Source: Lama glama (lineage: Eukaryota). Taken from it: a stretch of DNA of 64,000 nucleotides. The DNA is taken from contig CM052817.1 of the NCBI GenBank assembly GCA_028534125.1, positions 17,486,001 to 17,550,000 of the forward strand, written 5' to 3'. Under the pieces are notes generated by a model. That model was not told where the DNA came from, searched no databases, and saw only the letters and a list, made by a program, of their open reading frames with translations. The translations under genes and the position numbers were made by a program. Positions 47,062-61,009 of the stretch are shown piece after piece; the first letter of the stretch is position 1; each line of letters starts with the position of its first letter.

Positions 47062-50000
47062 AGTTCCCTCTGCAAAGAGAGACCTCATTCTGGTTTGGGT
47101 CATTGTCAGACTAGGCAGCTTTCTGAATATGGGCAGGAGGAGGAAGGAGCCGGGAGGTGGGGCTTCCTGAGCCTCCGCGCCCACCCTGGTGGCAGCTCAG
47201 GGGGCCAGGCAGGGGAAGCACTGTGGGTGGGCAGTGCTCAGGGACTGGGGCCTGTCCCTCAGCCAGTGACTGCTCTACTCCCTGCGGTTGGGACCTGCCT
47301 GTCCCCAGTACCTGCGTCCATCTCGGGCGCCATCTTGGCTCCAAAGTCGGAAAAGTGATGATGGTGGCCCTCCCCTCCCCACTCCCATTTCTCTCTGTAG
47401 CGCCTGCCTCCCTCCTGGGTGCCCTTCACCTCTTCCCCTCTCTCACCCACCAACAGGACTCCCAAGAAAAGATCACAAAGAGGCAGGAAGCTGCATTGTG
47501 ACAAAGGCCTGTGATAGAAAAATTCCAGTCCTGGGGGACAGTGATCCAGCCTCAGTCGGGTGTCTGCCTGGGGTTCTGGGAGGTTCCCGTGGGGCTAGTG
47601 CTCATGGCCATGTAAGTGACAGGCAGAGGGAGCCTTCAATCTCCCCAAGCCTCAGGACAGCTGGCAGTCCCCTCACCCGCCCAATCCCTTCCCTCAGCGG
47701 CTGGACTGGACCCGGGGGCCCCATGGCTCCGCGGCTGGGGCGTCTGCCCTGCAGACCCTCCTGCCCGCCTCTTCTCCCCAGCTGGCCAGTTGCCTCCTCT
47801 CTGTTCCGCCTTGTCCTCGCCCCCTCTCTCTTTCTCTTCCTCTTTCTGCTCCTCTGAACTTCGGATTCCCCCTCTCTTCCCACTCCCTTTGGCAGAGGGC
47901 CAGGGAGTAATTGGGAGTTGGCCTCCGTGGCCTCAAGCTCAGGACTGGTTTCCTACTAAGCCGTGGTTTCCCCAGAAGCCCCTCACCCCCTCGCCGCAGT
48001 CTGCACTGGGGGCTTTCTCCTCCTGAAAGGGGAGTGGGACAATGACTGTCTTTCTTCGTGCCAGCCCCAAGTGTAACGGCAGCCCAGACACACTGCTGCC
48101 TCCAACACCTGATCTTCTCTACCTAGTTCCATTTTGCAGATGGGGAAACTGAGGCTTAGAGCAGTCTCCAGAGCTTTTGCTGCAATTGTTGTACCTAACT
48201 AAGGAAACACTTGCTAAATGCACCAATTCCTCCTTCTTCTGGGGAAAGATCTGGTCCACAGGGTTGCATCAGGGCTATCAACCTTCAGTTCTCTGATGCA
48301 CCACCTTCTGCACCCTTTCATTGAGACACTCACCTTCCTCGTGCTTCCACGCCCTTCCCCTACCCCCATTTAGGATAAGCTTTGCGTGTGCTATGGCTCT
48401 TTCCATGTCCCAGGCACCACCAGAACCCAGAACCCCTTGCGAGTGAGCAAGATTGTGTTTAGACACAGCTCCCGGCTCCTCATGCTTTTTGCCTCCACCG
48501 CTCAAACATGCAGAAAGTGTTTGCATGTGCCTGCGATGGGGATCGGTTCAGCTTGGCAAACCCAAGACTGTCAGCCCCTTTGCAATGAATCTGCTCCCTC
48601 AATTAACTTGGGGGGATGGGGAAACTAATAAAGAAATTTTATTAAATGCAAAGAAGATCATCACTTTCAAATGTCCCCATGGAGAAGTCTTAGCCAAATC
48701 CCTGTGATTATTTGTCTGAACTAGCTGGTCCTTTTCAGGGAGATGAGTAAGAGCAGAGTTTGTTCTAGCAGCCAGAAGCAGCCGCCCCTGCCTGGCCCCT
48801 AGCAGGCTCTTTTGAGGGCATGCTGATTTGCACACACGCTGATAGCCGTTTCATATCTGGGCTGATGGTCTTGACTGAGTGGCTGCCACACAGCCAGCAC
48901 ACGCGGCACAGCATGGGGAGGAGGGGGTGTTTATGGGGCTCACCACTAATGACTCCCATTTATGGAACATGTGTGGAGCAGCTGAGCGGGCCGCTAAGAC
49001 AGGACATCGGTAAGGCCTGGGGTTTGCAGCCCGGCTGCACGCACAGGCTCCCCTACGCAGCTGCAGGGAGAGTTCTGAGACAAGCTTCTGGGGGAACCCG
49101 AGGCTCTCCAGAATTCAGGCCTTTCAGCGCAAACAATGCCCTGACTAAGACGGCTTTTCTAGGGAAGCTGTTGACCACACTGGTTGGATGGGGCCAGTAA
49201 TAAAAATTATTGCTGTTATAAGAATGAAAGCTGACACTTATTGTTCCCTCGCCTCATGCCAGACATTGTGGGAAGCGTGAACCGAATCCTCAAACAAAAC
49301 CAGGAGACTGGGACTGCTTTGGGGTTACTTTGCCTCATCTTTAGGGTACAGAGGAAGGGACAGGCTCAGAGAGATGAAGCACCTTGCCCAGGGCTGCCTC
49401 GCTGTTCTAACTCCAGCGCCTTGGCGACACAGGCACGGAAAAGTGAATTCTAGAAGTTGACTCATATCATTTTAAATCACAATTACGGCCAGATGGCATA
49501 GCAGTTAAAATGTGCATTTTGGTATTAAAAAGATCTAGATTTGAGCTCCAGGTTTTCCAGAAACAAGTTACATCAACTCCTTAAGCCTCAGTTTCCCCAC
49601 TAAAAGTGGGAACAGTAGTAACGCCTACCAGTAGAGTATGGAAAGCCTCAGTGCCCACCCCAGAATGAGCCCACAGTGAACGTGCCACAGCACACCCGCA
49701 CCACGCCCGCCGAGGGCCGAGGTTAGTGGCACCGGGAATCCGAGTGTGGCCCCAGGGAGGCAGGAGCAGGTCCTGGTGCCCTGCTGCTTCTGCAACGTGC
49801 GAGTCTTCAGTTCCCTTGGTGGAATGGGACGGTGATAAGACTGATAACAACAGAAGCGATCCAGTCAGGGTGTTGGGACCACAGCGGGTGGGTAGGAGGA
49901 GCCCATTTCCAAAGCACTGGAAATGCTGCTTGTTGTCTTTGGAAACCCTGGATGGATTTCTCCCTTTTGAGCACAGCCGCCCGCACATTGCACGTAGTTA

Positions 50001-51139
50001 TGAGCAGCGAAGGAAACAGAAACCCGACCTTCAAAGTTCGTATGCGCTCCAGGGGGAAGATGGGACCAACAAAAATAAAGCATTCATTAAAAACAAAATG
50101 ACATGTCCATATACACACATACTTGTAGATAATCACTTACAGCCGTGCAGAGACCCAGGCAGGGCTGCAGGATTTTGCTGGAGTGCTTGGAAAGACATCT
50201 GGGAAGCTTTCTGGAGGGAGGAGCATTTAGGGCAGAGGAAGGAGGTCCACCCCTAGAGTCAGTGCTCAGGTTCTTATCTTGTATTTCCTGCACCCAGCAC
50301 ACAGTAGGTGCTCAAAGCGTGCTTGCTGAATGAGAACAGGAAGTGGAGAGAGGAGGTTCCAAGGAGAGGAAGTGAACAAACAGTGCAGTGATGACTCAGG
50401 GGAAGGGCAGGCGCTCCACTAACTGCTGAAGGCATGAGTTTATTTCCCTTTAGTGTTTCGTGCCAGGGCTTGGTCCATGATAAACCCAGAGTCAGAGAGG
50501 GAGAGACAGAGGCGGCGGCCTTCCTTATATGCAGTATCATGACAGCCCACCTTCACATGTACTTGACACTCACACCACTCCTGACATTGGGCCCCGGAAC
50601 AGAACAGCTGAAAATGCCCCTTGGAGCACAGACACTTTTGGTTGCCTCCCCCAGGTCTGTTCCCCCTTCTTCCTTGCTTATAAAACCCCAGTTTTATTCA
50701 AGACCTTTTCCTCAGTGGCAGTTACTCTGGTGTTTTACAGGGTGTCGGCTGGGTTAGCCTGAAGCTGGCTTCCCTGAATCTCCCTTCCAGCTGGATCACA
50801 AGAGAGATCTTTGCCTGAGATTTGGAGGCAGATGTTAAGCCTGGAAGGTTGGGGTTGGAGGGTCACCAGATCCACCTCAGTGTCAAGGAGTAGCAGCGGC
50901 TTCACCTTTGCCTCCTTTGGCTTCTCTAATGCCTGGGCCAGATCTCAGCGACAAAGGGCACCAGCTTCTCCTGCAGGACAACAAGTCAGGAGCCGTGAGA
51001 ATCCGCGACGTGGTTTCCAGTCCATCCTTGCAGGGTCCAGCTTGTCCTTGCGCTCTCTCATGTTACATCCATCCTCCTCCCCCACCTCCTGCCCTGCGGA
51101 CTTTGCAACTATCACAGATTCACAGACTGTCGCCCTGTA

Positions 51140-51880
51140 GAGACAGTTTAGAGCTCTCCCAAGTGCAGAAGCTCCCATCCCTGCAACAAATTCAATTCCA
51201 GGTTTACAAGGAACCACTAGAAGGCGATTCGACTGGTTCCGGATTGAACCCTGACTGATAGATACCATAGCCCCAGGTCCCGACTGAGCTCTAGCTGGTC
51301 TGAGCCAATCATGGTGCTCCTTGTCCCCTTGCTGGTAGGTGTGGACCCATGGCCCAGTTCTAGCCCGTGACTGGAACTCCAGTCATTGGCTTCTGGCAAA
51401 GGCTCCCTTATCTGAAAAAGAGACATACACAAAAAGGATGTGCTTGGGGGTGGAGGTGGGGTATAGCTCAGTAGTAGAGCGCATGCTTAGTGTGCACAAG
51501 ATCCTGGGTTCAACCCCCAGTACCTCCATTAAAAAAGAAAAAAAGATGGTGCTGTTCTACTGGACATTGTCAGGATATCATGGTTAGAACTGAGGCAGCC
51601 ATTGTAACTACATTGGGGTGTTGTCCAAGGGACCAAGCTGAGGATCAAGACAGAAAAGATAAAAAGAACCTGTGTCCTTGATGATATAGTTGAACCGATG
51701 AATTAACTTTCTGAGCGGTGTGAGTATCAAGTGCACGGGAATGTGGGCTGTAACAATACCGCATAAATGGAAGACCGCCTACCCACGGAGTTCCAGTTAT
51801 GTGAGATGATGTATTTTATTATGGTTAAGTCATTTGAGGCAGGGTTTCTGTTTCTTACAGGCAAAAACACCCTAGTCCGA
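51140..51880 (+). mobile_element. MLT1-type MaLR LTR carrying a Vic-1 SINE at ~51447-51545
   Basis: 'ggtctgagccaatcatggtgc...gattggc', 'gaggcagccatt...aaagaacctgtgtccttgatgatatagttgaacc'; SINE 'gggtatagctcagtagtagagcgcatgcttagtgtgcacaagatcctgggttcaacccccagtacctcc'. Confidence 0.75.
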
Positions 51881-52199
51881 TTCCCATCCCAAAAAGAAGC
51901 CTCAGGTTTTCTTCTTGCCGTGGATCCCAAAGTTTCCATCCCCCAGGAGCTTTTCGAAAGGGAGGTGGGCAGCTTGGCCTGAACTTGATATCTGACTTCC
52001 CCATGCTTGGTCTTCTCATGAAAGAGAATGGACAAGAACACCTCAGCAATCAACAGAGGATTTATAAGTAAACAATCAAATTTAGGATTACCAAAATGAT
52101 TTTCAGATTATAGCCCAAGGAAAAACGGGATAAGGCTATAATTAGGGTAATCACGCTAATCAGGTTGATCAATAGGATGCAAGTAACAGAAAGCCCAGT

Positions 52200-52915
52200 T
52201 TGCGTTGGCTACACCATCACGCCTGCTTTTTACCTTTCTCTCATCACTCAGCTCCCCCTTTTCCTCTGTGATGCTGGAATGGTACCTGACAATTTATGTT
52301 TCATAGACTCTGGGGACAGCTGGCTCTCTGCAAGTTTCTGCCAATAGGAGGCACTAGAGGGATATTGGGAGGCAGGAGAAAAGGAGAAGGACTTCATTTC
52401 TGTCTTTCAGTTCCTGGTAGTGTCCCTGCAGTTGGAGTACATAGTGGAACTCCACTTCCTAGCTGCTTTTGGCACTCCCAGACCCTCCTCACCACATCCT
52501 GAAGAGGGACTGGGGCCTCTCATTCACCATGGCCCTGGGGAGGGGCTTCCTCACCCACTGGGCCATGTGCTCTGGGGCATCAGAGCAATCCCTGGTACCT
52601 CCTTGGGAACATGAGCACCTATCAAACCTCTCCCTCTCCTCAGGGGTTTGAGAAATTCAAGGGTCTGAGTGCAAACAACATAGCTCCTATCCCCCAGGAA
52701 CAAAATTCCAGTCTCATGAGACCCCCTTCCAAGGTCCTAAGCTCTGGTAACCACTCTCTCCCCATTTTTCTGCTGACTTCAGGAGCTATTAATCTATGGG
52801 TTACCTCAGCATCCTCTTTTTTGATCTCACTTGTGTAAGAAATTCTTTTATTAAGTTTCTGTGTTTTGAAATATCTAGTGTGGTTTCTCTTTCTTGACTA
52901 GACCCCAACTGATAG
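52200..52915 (+). mobile_element. LTR40/41-like ERVL LTR nested in an MLT1K-like LTR (~52160-53400, minus strand)
   Basis: 3' end 'ttattaagtttctgtgttttgaaatatctagtgtggtttctctttcttgactagaccccaactgata'. The MLT1 host reads 'gatgcaagtaacagaaagccca' before it and 'ggaaatttattggctcatgtaac' after it. Confidence 0.65.
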
Positions 52916-53493
52916 AGGAAATTTATTGGCTCATGTAACCCAAAAGCCCAGACTGAGAACAGTGTTCAGGTACGACTTGTTCCAGAGGATCTGAATCTTA
53001 TTAGGACTCCCTTCTGTTTTCTAACATTTTCTCAGCACTGATCTCTTCTGTATGTGAATTGTTTTGAGGATGGCCAACTTCCAGGTAGCAAAAATGGCTG
53101 TAGCAACTCCACTGCTTATATATATAAGCCATACTGCCTCTGAGGGAAGAGAGAGAATGTCTTTGTCCCAGGTTTCTAAATTAGGGCCCCCAACTTCACT
53201 TTACACCGGCTTTGGACATTTGCCCAACACTGCGCCAAACACTGTGGCCAAGTCCTGGGCCCACTGATTGGCCAGATCATATGTTCTCTTCCTAATGCCA
53301 GGTGGCATCAATTTCCATGGCGATACAGGGACCACCAATGGAAGTCAGGTTTCCTGGGAGGTGACGAGGGATGCTGGTGAGATCAATAGACACCTGTCAA
53401 CTGCACTTCATCTTTGATTGTCCAGGGCAGCCCCAGTTTCCTATTTCTTTTGTTGTTTTTGTAAATATAATACCCTTAAAAATATAAAACCAA

Positions 53494-53630
53494 GGGGGAG
53501 GGTGTAGCTCAAGTGGTAGAGCGCATGCTTAGCATTCATGAGGTCCTGGGTTCAATCCCCAGTACCTCCACTAAAAATAAATAAATAAATATACCTAATT
53601 ACCTCCCTTTACAAATAAATAAATAGCTTT
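53494..53630 (+). mobile_element. Vic-1-type SINE, near-consensus
   Basis: 'gggggagggtgtagctcaagtggtagagcgcatgcttagcattcatgaggtcctgggttcaatccccagtacctcca...(aaat)n acctaattacctccc'; TSD-like aaaatat..aaaaccaa on both sides. Confidence 0.92.
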
Positions 53631-53649
53631 TAAAATATGTAAAACCAAA

Positions 53650-54895
53650 TGTGTGGTGATGACTGTTTAGATACAACACCAAAGGGACACTCCATGAAAG
53701 AAAACATCGATAAGCTGAACTTCATTAAACTTAAAAACTGCCCAGTGAAAGACACTGACTAAGAAGGCAAGTCACAGACTGAGAGAAACACTTGCAAAGG
53801 GCACATGTGAAAAGGTCTGTTATCCAAAATTTACGAGGAACTCTTAAAACTCAACAATAAGGAAACAAATGACCCAATCAAAAAATGGATTAAAGAACTT
53901 AACAGACACTTCACCAAAGAAGATGTACAGACAGTAATCAAGCATATGAAAGCAATGTCAGGTCATTGTCAGAGAAACGCGAATTAAAACAACAATGAAT
54001 ACCACCATACACCTATTAAAATGGCCAAAATCCAGAATTGACACCAAGTGCTGGTGAGGATATTGAACAACAGGATTTTACATTCCTTGCTGGTGGGGAT
54101 GCAAAATGGTACAGCCATTTTGTAAGATAATTTGGTGGTTTCTTACAAAACTAAACATACTCTTACCATACAGTCTGGCAATTGTGTTCCTTGGTATTGA
54201 CCCAAAGGAGTTGAAAACTTATGTCTACATAAAAACCTGCACACAAGTGTTTATAGCAGCTTTATTTATAATTGCCAAAACTTAGAAGCAACCAAGATGC
54301 CCTCAGTAGGTAAATGAGTAAATAAATGGTGGTACATCTAGGCAATGAAATATTATCTAGCACTAAAAAGAAAGAAGCTATCAAGCCACAAAAAGACATG
54401 GAAGAAACTTAAATGCGTATTAGTAAGTGAAGAAGCCAATCTGAAGAGGCTATATGTTGTATGATTCCAACTGTATGACATTCTGGAAAAGACAGAACTG
54501 TAAGATAAGATAAGATTCACTAAAGATAAGTGAATGCCAGGGGTGGGAGGGGAGACATGAATAGGCAGAGCACGGAGGATTTTTAGGGCAGTGAAAAAAC
54601 TCTGTATGATCCTATAATCGTGGATACATGCCTTTATACGTTGGTCCAAACCTGTAGATTGTACACCACCAGGAGTTAATCTGAAAGTGAACTGTGGACT
54701 TTGGACTTTGGATGATCATGCGTCAATGCAGGTTTATCAACTGTAACACATGCACCACTCTGGTGGGCCATGTTGATAATGGGGAGACCATGCATGTGGG
54801 GGACAGGGGTGCATGGGAAATCTCTACCTTCCTCTCAAACTTGTCATAAACCTAAATCTGCTCTGAAAATGAGTCTTTAAAATAAATAAAACAAC
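53650..54895 (+). mobile_element. L1MC1/2-type LINE-1 (ORF2 end + 3' UTR)
   Basis: 'aacagacacttcaccaaagaagat', 'gtttatagcagctttatttataattgccaaaac', 'gatttttagggcagtgaaaaaactctgtatgat...gtgaactgtggactttgg'. Confidence 0.9.
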
Positions 54896-56429
54896 AATGA
54901 AATAATATATATATATCCAAATGTAACTTGATTTCTATGCCTTTTTTAAATAGCTTCACAAATGAGAAATAACTCTTTGGTTAACCCTGTGTCCCAATTT
55001 AGTTTTCAAAAATGACATTCCAAAGGGCTGGGAGGGTTGAAACACAGACCAACGAGTTCTGAGCCTCAGCTAAGCTGTCTCCTTTCCTTGTGGTCAGACA
55101 AGTGATAAGGAAGATGTTGATCAACCACAATTTCCAGAACGTATGTTTCTATTTTTAACGGACATTAATTCACGTTCATTGGAAACAACCTGAAAGGGCT
55201 CAGCTCTATCTCATTCACCACAAGTTCACCCCAGGCACTCAGGAGTTTTAAAGATGACAGGTAAAACACTGTCAACCAGCATCAACTTCAAATATCCCCG
55301 AACAGTGTTTAAACCCTCCAGTCTTCCTTGCTAACCAAGTTGTTGTGTGAAATAAGGCTGTAGTGTATTCTTTTACTTTGTTTTCCTTCTCTCTCTCTTT
55401 TTTGCTGTTGAAAGAATTAAGGCTCAGGGAAATTAATTGATTTGCCCAAGGTTACACAGCAAGGTCAAGACTCCATCAAAGTTAGAACATGAAGTCATTG
55501 GCTCCTAATGTCCCCATGCAAGGCCATCTTGTTTCCAGATGACCTTCATTCTCTCTGCAGACCCCCAGGAGCTTGTGTATCCTTTCAAGGGCAGAATTTA
55601 ATCATCACAAAATGCTCCACGGAAATAACATTAACAAATCCTTATACAGCCCGTCCAGCGTGCCAGGCAGTTTTCTAAGCCTTTTACAGTTGTTTCTTTA
55701 TTTAATCCTCAAATGGCCCTGTCATGAGGACCCCAGTGTCATCATCCGCGGTGTACAGATGACGACACTGAGGCACTGGCATGTTAAGTAACCGGCCTAC
55801 TATTTCTCTGCAGGCAACAGTGAACTCTGAGGTCAGAACCCAGGCAGCAGGCTGTGCTCCTGGAATGAAACATCACCTTTGAGACTTAAAGGGGAGAAAA
55901 CCAGACTTGTCAGATGAAAAACAAAGAAGCTAAGGGACAGATGGAGGTGGGCAGGGGAGAGAGGTGTAGGGAAAAGGCTGAGAAGGAAAACCTTCTCATA
56001 GTATTCTTGCTCTTATTGCTTTGTAAGCAAAAGTTAGGCTCCAATACCTTCTCCAAAATTAGGCTCCAGTACCCTCACTCCTTCTTCGTCAAAGTTCTAC
56101 ACTAATCCTGGACACTCTTGGGGTACCCAGTCAGAAGGCCGTGTCACAGGGAAAGGCACAAAGGCAGCACCCCTGTTTCTCAGGAGAAGATGACGGTGTC
56201 GGGGAAAATCAATGCCTGAGCGTGGACCCTCCAGACTCTGCATGGATGTAGCACCTAAGCTGAGCGAGATGAATCTTCCGGGAGTCACCACCGCAGTGAA
56301 CCCCCTGCAGGTGCTGTTGCGGTGTCCAGGTGGCCGTCAGAGACCCAGAGCCACAGCATCTCCCCCAGAGACGCATTCACTGTGGGTCACCAGTCAATCC
56401 AACTCATCTGTAATGACTGAAGTGGAAAA

Positions 56430-56820
56430 AAGCGACCTAGAGATGATCATGTTAAGTGAAGTAAGTCAGATTGAGAAAGACAAATATATGATACCACTTA
56501 TATGTGGAATCTTAAAGAAATGAACTTATTTACAAAAACAGAAACAGATTCACAGACATAGAAAACAAACTTACAGCTACCAAAGGGTAAGCGGGGGAGG
56601 GATATATTAGGAGTTTGGGATTAGGAGCTACAAACTACTATATACAAAATAGATCAACAGCAACGTCCTACTGTATAGCACAGGGAACTATAGTCAATAC
56701 CTTGTAATAGCCTATAAATAAAAAGAATATGAAAATATATATAACTGAATCACTGTGCTGTACACCAGAAACTAACACAATTTTATTTCAATTAAAAAAA
56801 TAATAATAATTTTTTAAAAA
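56430..56820 (+). mobile_element. Camelid-type L1 3' end
   Basis: 'gacctagagatgatcatgttaagtgaagtaagtcag...ctgtatagcacagggaacta...ctgtacaccagaaactaacaca'. Confidence 0.9.
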
Positions 56821-57600
56821 TCAACCTTTTCCCTTTCCCTGATCCAGACTCACTCTCAGAGAAGACGCTGGAACATAGAATGCTTCCATATACATTCTGT
56901 TCAATATCCGTCGACTGAGCCCTACCTGTGGGCCGGCAGCATGGTGGGTAACAGACCTTCTAAGATGCGTGAAATCTGGTCCCCACCTGCTGGAACCGTG
57001 TCCTTGGAGATGAGCCCCACCTGTTGGAACACAAGTGATATGAGCTGGAATTGAGCAGTGGGTTTGAAGCTCATAAATCTTGCGTCTCTGTCATTCAACT
57101 TGTTTAAGTATACAAGCCAGCTAGACACACTGCACACCCTCCCAAAGGTCCCTCCTGTTCCTGGATGGACCCCTGGACCTGGTCACCAGGTTGTGTCTTC
57201 CCTGAGGAGCTGGGTCTTGAATACAGTTTCCAGTGTCCTGCCATTGTAGACAGTCCCCGCCGCGAGGACTCACACGACTCCAGGCTGCCCCAGGACAAAG
57301 CCCTCTTCAGGGCGGGTGCCAGGGCATGAGGGCCCTTCAGACCCCCAGAAACCAGGCCAGTGGCCCCATTCACCACTCCTTTCTTCTCACTTACTGTGTC
57401 TGGGAGGGAGAGTTGGGCACAAGCCTGTTCACTCACACCTTTATTCTACTTGGTCCAGTAGTTGGGCCAGAGCCCTCCTCTCAGGGACGTGTTCCTGGCC
57501 TCTGGGCCCAGTCCAGGGGCCCGAAACTTTCTGCCTGCTGGATCCCCCTCCACATCCTGCAGGGTCTCAGCCCAAACACTAGCTCCTGTCAAAATTTCCT

Positions 57601-57780
57601 TAAAAAAAAAAAGTTTCTTCTGTATAGCACAGGGAGCTATGTTCAATATCTTGTAATAACCTTTAATGAAAAAGAATACAAAAACGAATATATGTATGTA
57701 TCTGCATGACTGGGACATTGTACTGTACGTCAGAAATTGACACATTGTAATTGACTGTACTTCAGTTTAAATAAAAAAAG
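57601..57780 (+). mobile_element. Short camelid-type L1 3' end, followed by an internally deleted Vic-1 SINE (~57817-57885)
   Basis: 'gtttcttctgtatagcacagggagctatgttcaatatcttgtaataacc...gactgggacattgtactgtac'; SINE 'ggggagggtatagcttagtgtgcacgaggttccaggttcaatcccc'. Confidence 0.9.
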
Positions 57781-60299
57781 AGATGATCAGCCTTCATAAG
57801 AAACAAATTTAAGTCGGGGGAGGGTATAGCTTAGTGTGCACGAGGTTCCAGGTTCAATCCCCAGTGAGTACCTCCATCAAAAAAAATTTTTTTTGAAAAA
57901 CTTTAGGTGACAATTTTATTTCTTGGTAAGGTAAAAAAAAAAAAAAGTAAATTCGTGAGAAAGCCTTGATGAATATTTAGAGTTATATCCCTAATTTTTA
58001 AAATGTTGTTCAGGAGGAACAATTGTTTAAATACTTGTGCTCAGGAATTGAGACCAGGTTACTCTGCTCTGAATACTGGCACACTTGGAGCTCTTTGCAC
58101 TCCGCTTGGCAGCTTTCAGCTTGAATTTGAAGAGAAAGTGTGCCCTCTTGGTCTTGGCTTTTGTGAGAGTATTCTTTCTGTGAGAGCTTCTGAGGGAAGC
58201 AGAGGAGAGGTGTGGAGACAGCCAGCTCCAGGTCAGGCCCTGGCTCCCTCACTCATTAGGACTGTGACTTTGACGAGGGCTGGCTTCCCCCAGAGAATGA
58301 CCTTGAGACAAAGACGTGAGGGCACATAATTCACCTGCTCCGGGATGGCAGGAAACACCAGGAGGGAGAGGGAAGGGAAGGAGCCGCCCCAGGATGCCTG
58401 AAGGAGCAGGTTACCACAGAGGCGCAGCTGGGACCCTGGGGAGACTGCAGCCTTGGCCCCAGAGATGCCTGACCCAAGGGGTGACGGGCCATCAGCTCCC
58501 ATCGGACACAGGTCTCATCCGGCTGCTCCCAGGGCTGTAACTCCTTGACATTTCTGGCAAGGCTGCACTAGCACCTGTGGTCAGGGAAAGCCCTCAGGAG
58601 GGCCCCCTGGTGTTTACAACAAGAAGCCATGAGGATGGCAGTGCCCAGGGCCTGAGAGAGGGGCAAGGGCAGTGCCCGCTACAGACCATAAAAGGACATA
58701 ATAAGAGGGCTGATAAACACTTGAAGGCTGACTTCACTGTAGACTGGAAAACTCAGTGAGGTCAGATGTGTGAAACCACTGTGTAAAGGTAAAAGCATCA
58801 CACAAACGTTCCGTCGGATCCTCCTGCTGGTGATGATGATGACGAAAATAGTGGCTCATAGCTCACTGACCTGGGCCATCTCCCTCGGAGGACCCTCCCA
58901 CCGGAGACTGGGTTCCTGCAGTCTTCAGTCTCTCCTCAGTAACTTTCCAAGGTGTCTGAAAGTGACATTTCCTCAGGGTGGTGGGCGTTCTCCCAGAGTG
59001 AAAAATGAAACCCACCCCAGATCTGACAACTTTCAACAAATACATGGGGGTACCTTATTGTACTTCTCGTATTTTAAATTCGACCTTTGAACGGGTTCTG
59101 TATTTGCATGGGGCAAATTTCCGAAAGATGGATCCAAAGGCTTGCAGTGAAACCATCCCTGGCCCCCCATTCACTTCATTTTCCCCTCCCATCCGTCACC
59201 ATAACTGTAGTTTCCTGAATCAGTTACAGTGTGTATGTGTGTGTTGTGTATTTACATCTGTTTACATTTGTCTGAACTGAATTCTAATTTTCTCTCTCTC
59301 TGCCTTTTTTTTTTAAACAAAAGTTGTCAAACAGCACACGGTGCTCCCCACCCTGCTGTTGTCACTGGGCGCTGTGTCCCGTAGCCATGCATGGAGAACT
59401 TTCTCGTTTTCGGACAGCTCTATAATAATCCACATGGCTTTTTGTTGCAGAAAATAATTGTCTTCAGCAGTCAGAGAGCCTCCAATGGGCCAGCACCTGG
59501 CATGCGCTTGGCACACATGATCTTATTTAACCCTCCCAGACCCGCGAGGGAACCAGGGGCTGCGGTTACCACCACTGTTTTACAGTAAGGAGCTGAGGCT
59601 CGCTGAGATGTTACACAGCAGCTAAGGGGGAGACTAACTCTGGAGGTGACCCTATTGGAATCCAAGTATGCCCCTTAGCCTCTGAACCATGCTTCCTCTT
59701 GCGGAGACACTGAGGACTTCCACGAAGGCTGTGAGCTGTGCAGAGTAAGACCTCGATGCTACCTTGGGTATTTCTTTGGCAATGCAACGTGCTGTGCTGC
59801 ATCATGTACCATTAGTTCTATTGGGATATTTCTATAATTTCCTGTGTTTTTGCCTTTGATGGATCCCATTTGAGGTAGGAGGCAGGGATGAGTGGCTGGA
59901 AGATGTTGCCTTCTTTAAGGACAGTCCTGAGAACTACGGGCGCTGCCAGTGGGGTGCAGAGGAGCGGCTGTCCTGGGCAAGCTGAGCGCTGGGAGCCCCT
60001 TGGGAGGGGGCACACTATGGGCAGAGCTGTGCTGAGGGCAGGGAGGGGCCTAGGGCTCTGGGATGGGGGGGTGCTTCAGGGAGGAAGTTGAGATGGGGGC
60101 AGCTGGAACCAAGAACTGTGTGAAAGAGAGAAGTTTGTCTGGAATCATCTGGTCTAAGGCCATGTTTCATAGGTGGACAATCAGATCCAGAACTAGGTCT
60201 TCATATTTCCAAGTTCACAGAACAAAGCCAAATCAGAGGCCAGGTCTCCTGACCCTTAATCAAGTGTTCCTGCTACTACTACTCTGAAGACAATAGCAA

Positions 60300-60342
60300 A
60301 GTGTGTGTGTGTATGTGTGTGTGTGTGTGTTTGTGTGTGTGT
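60300..60342. repeat. (TG)n microsatellite
   Basis: gtgtgtgtgt... seen directly. Confidence 0.95.
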
Positions 60343-61009
60343 CTGTGGGGGTCTGGGGAAAGTATATCCATGCACAGAACTGTGTGTAAGCATGCAGCGC
60401 CAGCTGAGGGATGGAGAATAAGAGGAACTCAGCAGGGAAGAAAAAGGAAATAAAACTCAGAAATCCTCCCAATAACATGTACAAGTCCCAAGGATTTCCA
60501 GTCTGGAGATTTGCCATCTTTAATTCCATGACAACGTTTGACAATATAAATGGTATTCATTTGGGGGGGTGGTTGTTTATTTTTACGACTCCAGCAACTG
60601 CAGATTTTTGAATTCTCAGGCTCTTTGGCAGCTTCACGGAAGTTCTCAGCTCTTCAGGGCCTCTGTCATTCCACATATGCCTGCCCTGCACTCATTTATC
60701 CCTTTTCAGGTAAAGCCACACCAAGTGACTGGAAGTGGAGACTGAATGGTTCTCTAAAGAGCTTTTGCTAGAATTTGTGGGGAGGATAATGTTATTTTCT
60801 ATGTAGTTGCTTAGCATCAGAATATAAGCTTAGAGTTGAGGAGGCTTCTTCATTGAAACAGCATCTGAGGGTGAAGCCAACATAGAAGAAAGCAGAACAG
60901 AGAGAGTGATTCCAATTGAGACCTTTTGAGCACCTGGATCCAGCTGTGCCTGAAGTAGTACCTTTGCAGTGCAGGAGGCATTAAATTATCATTTATGTGG
61001 GATATACAT

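Noticed and set aside
53494..53570. tRNA gene
   Set aside because: AT-rich tail, TSD and multiple diverged copies in the window show it is a Vic-1 SINE.
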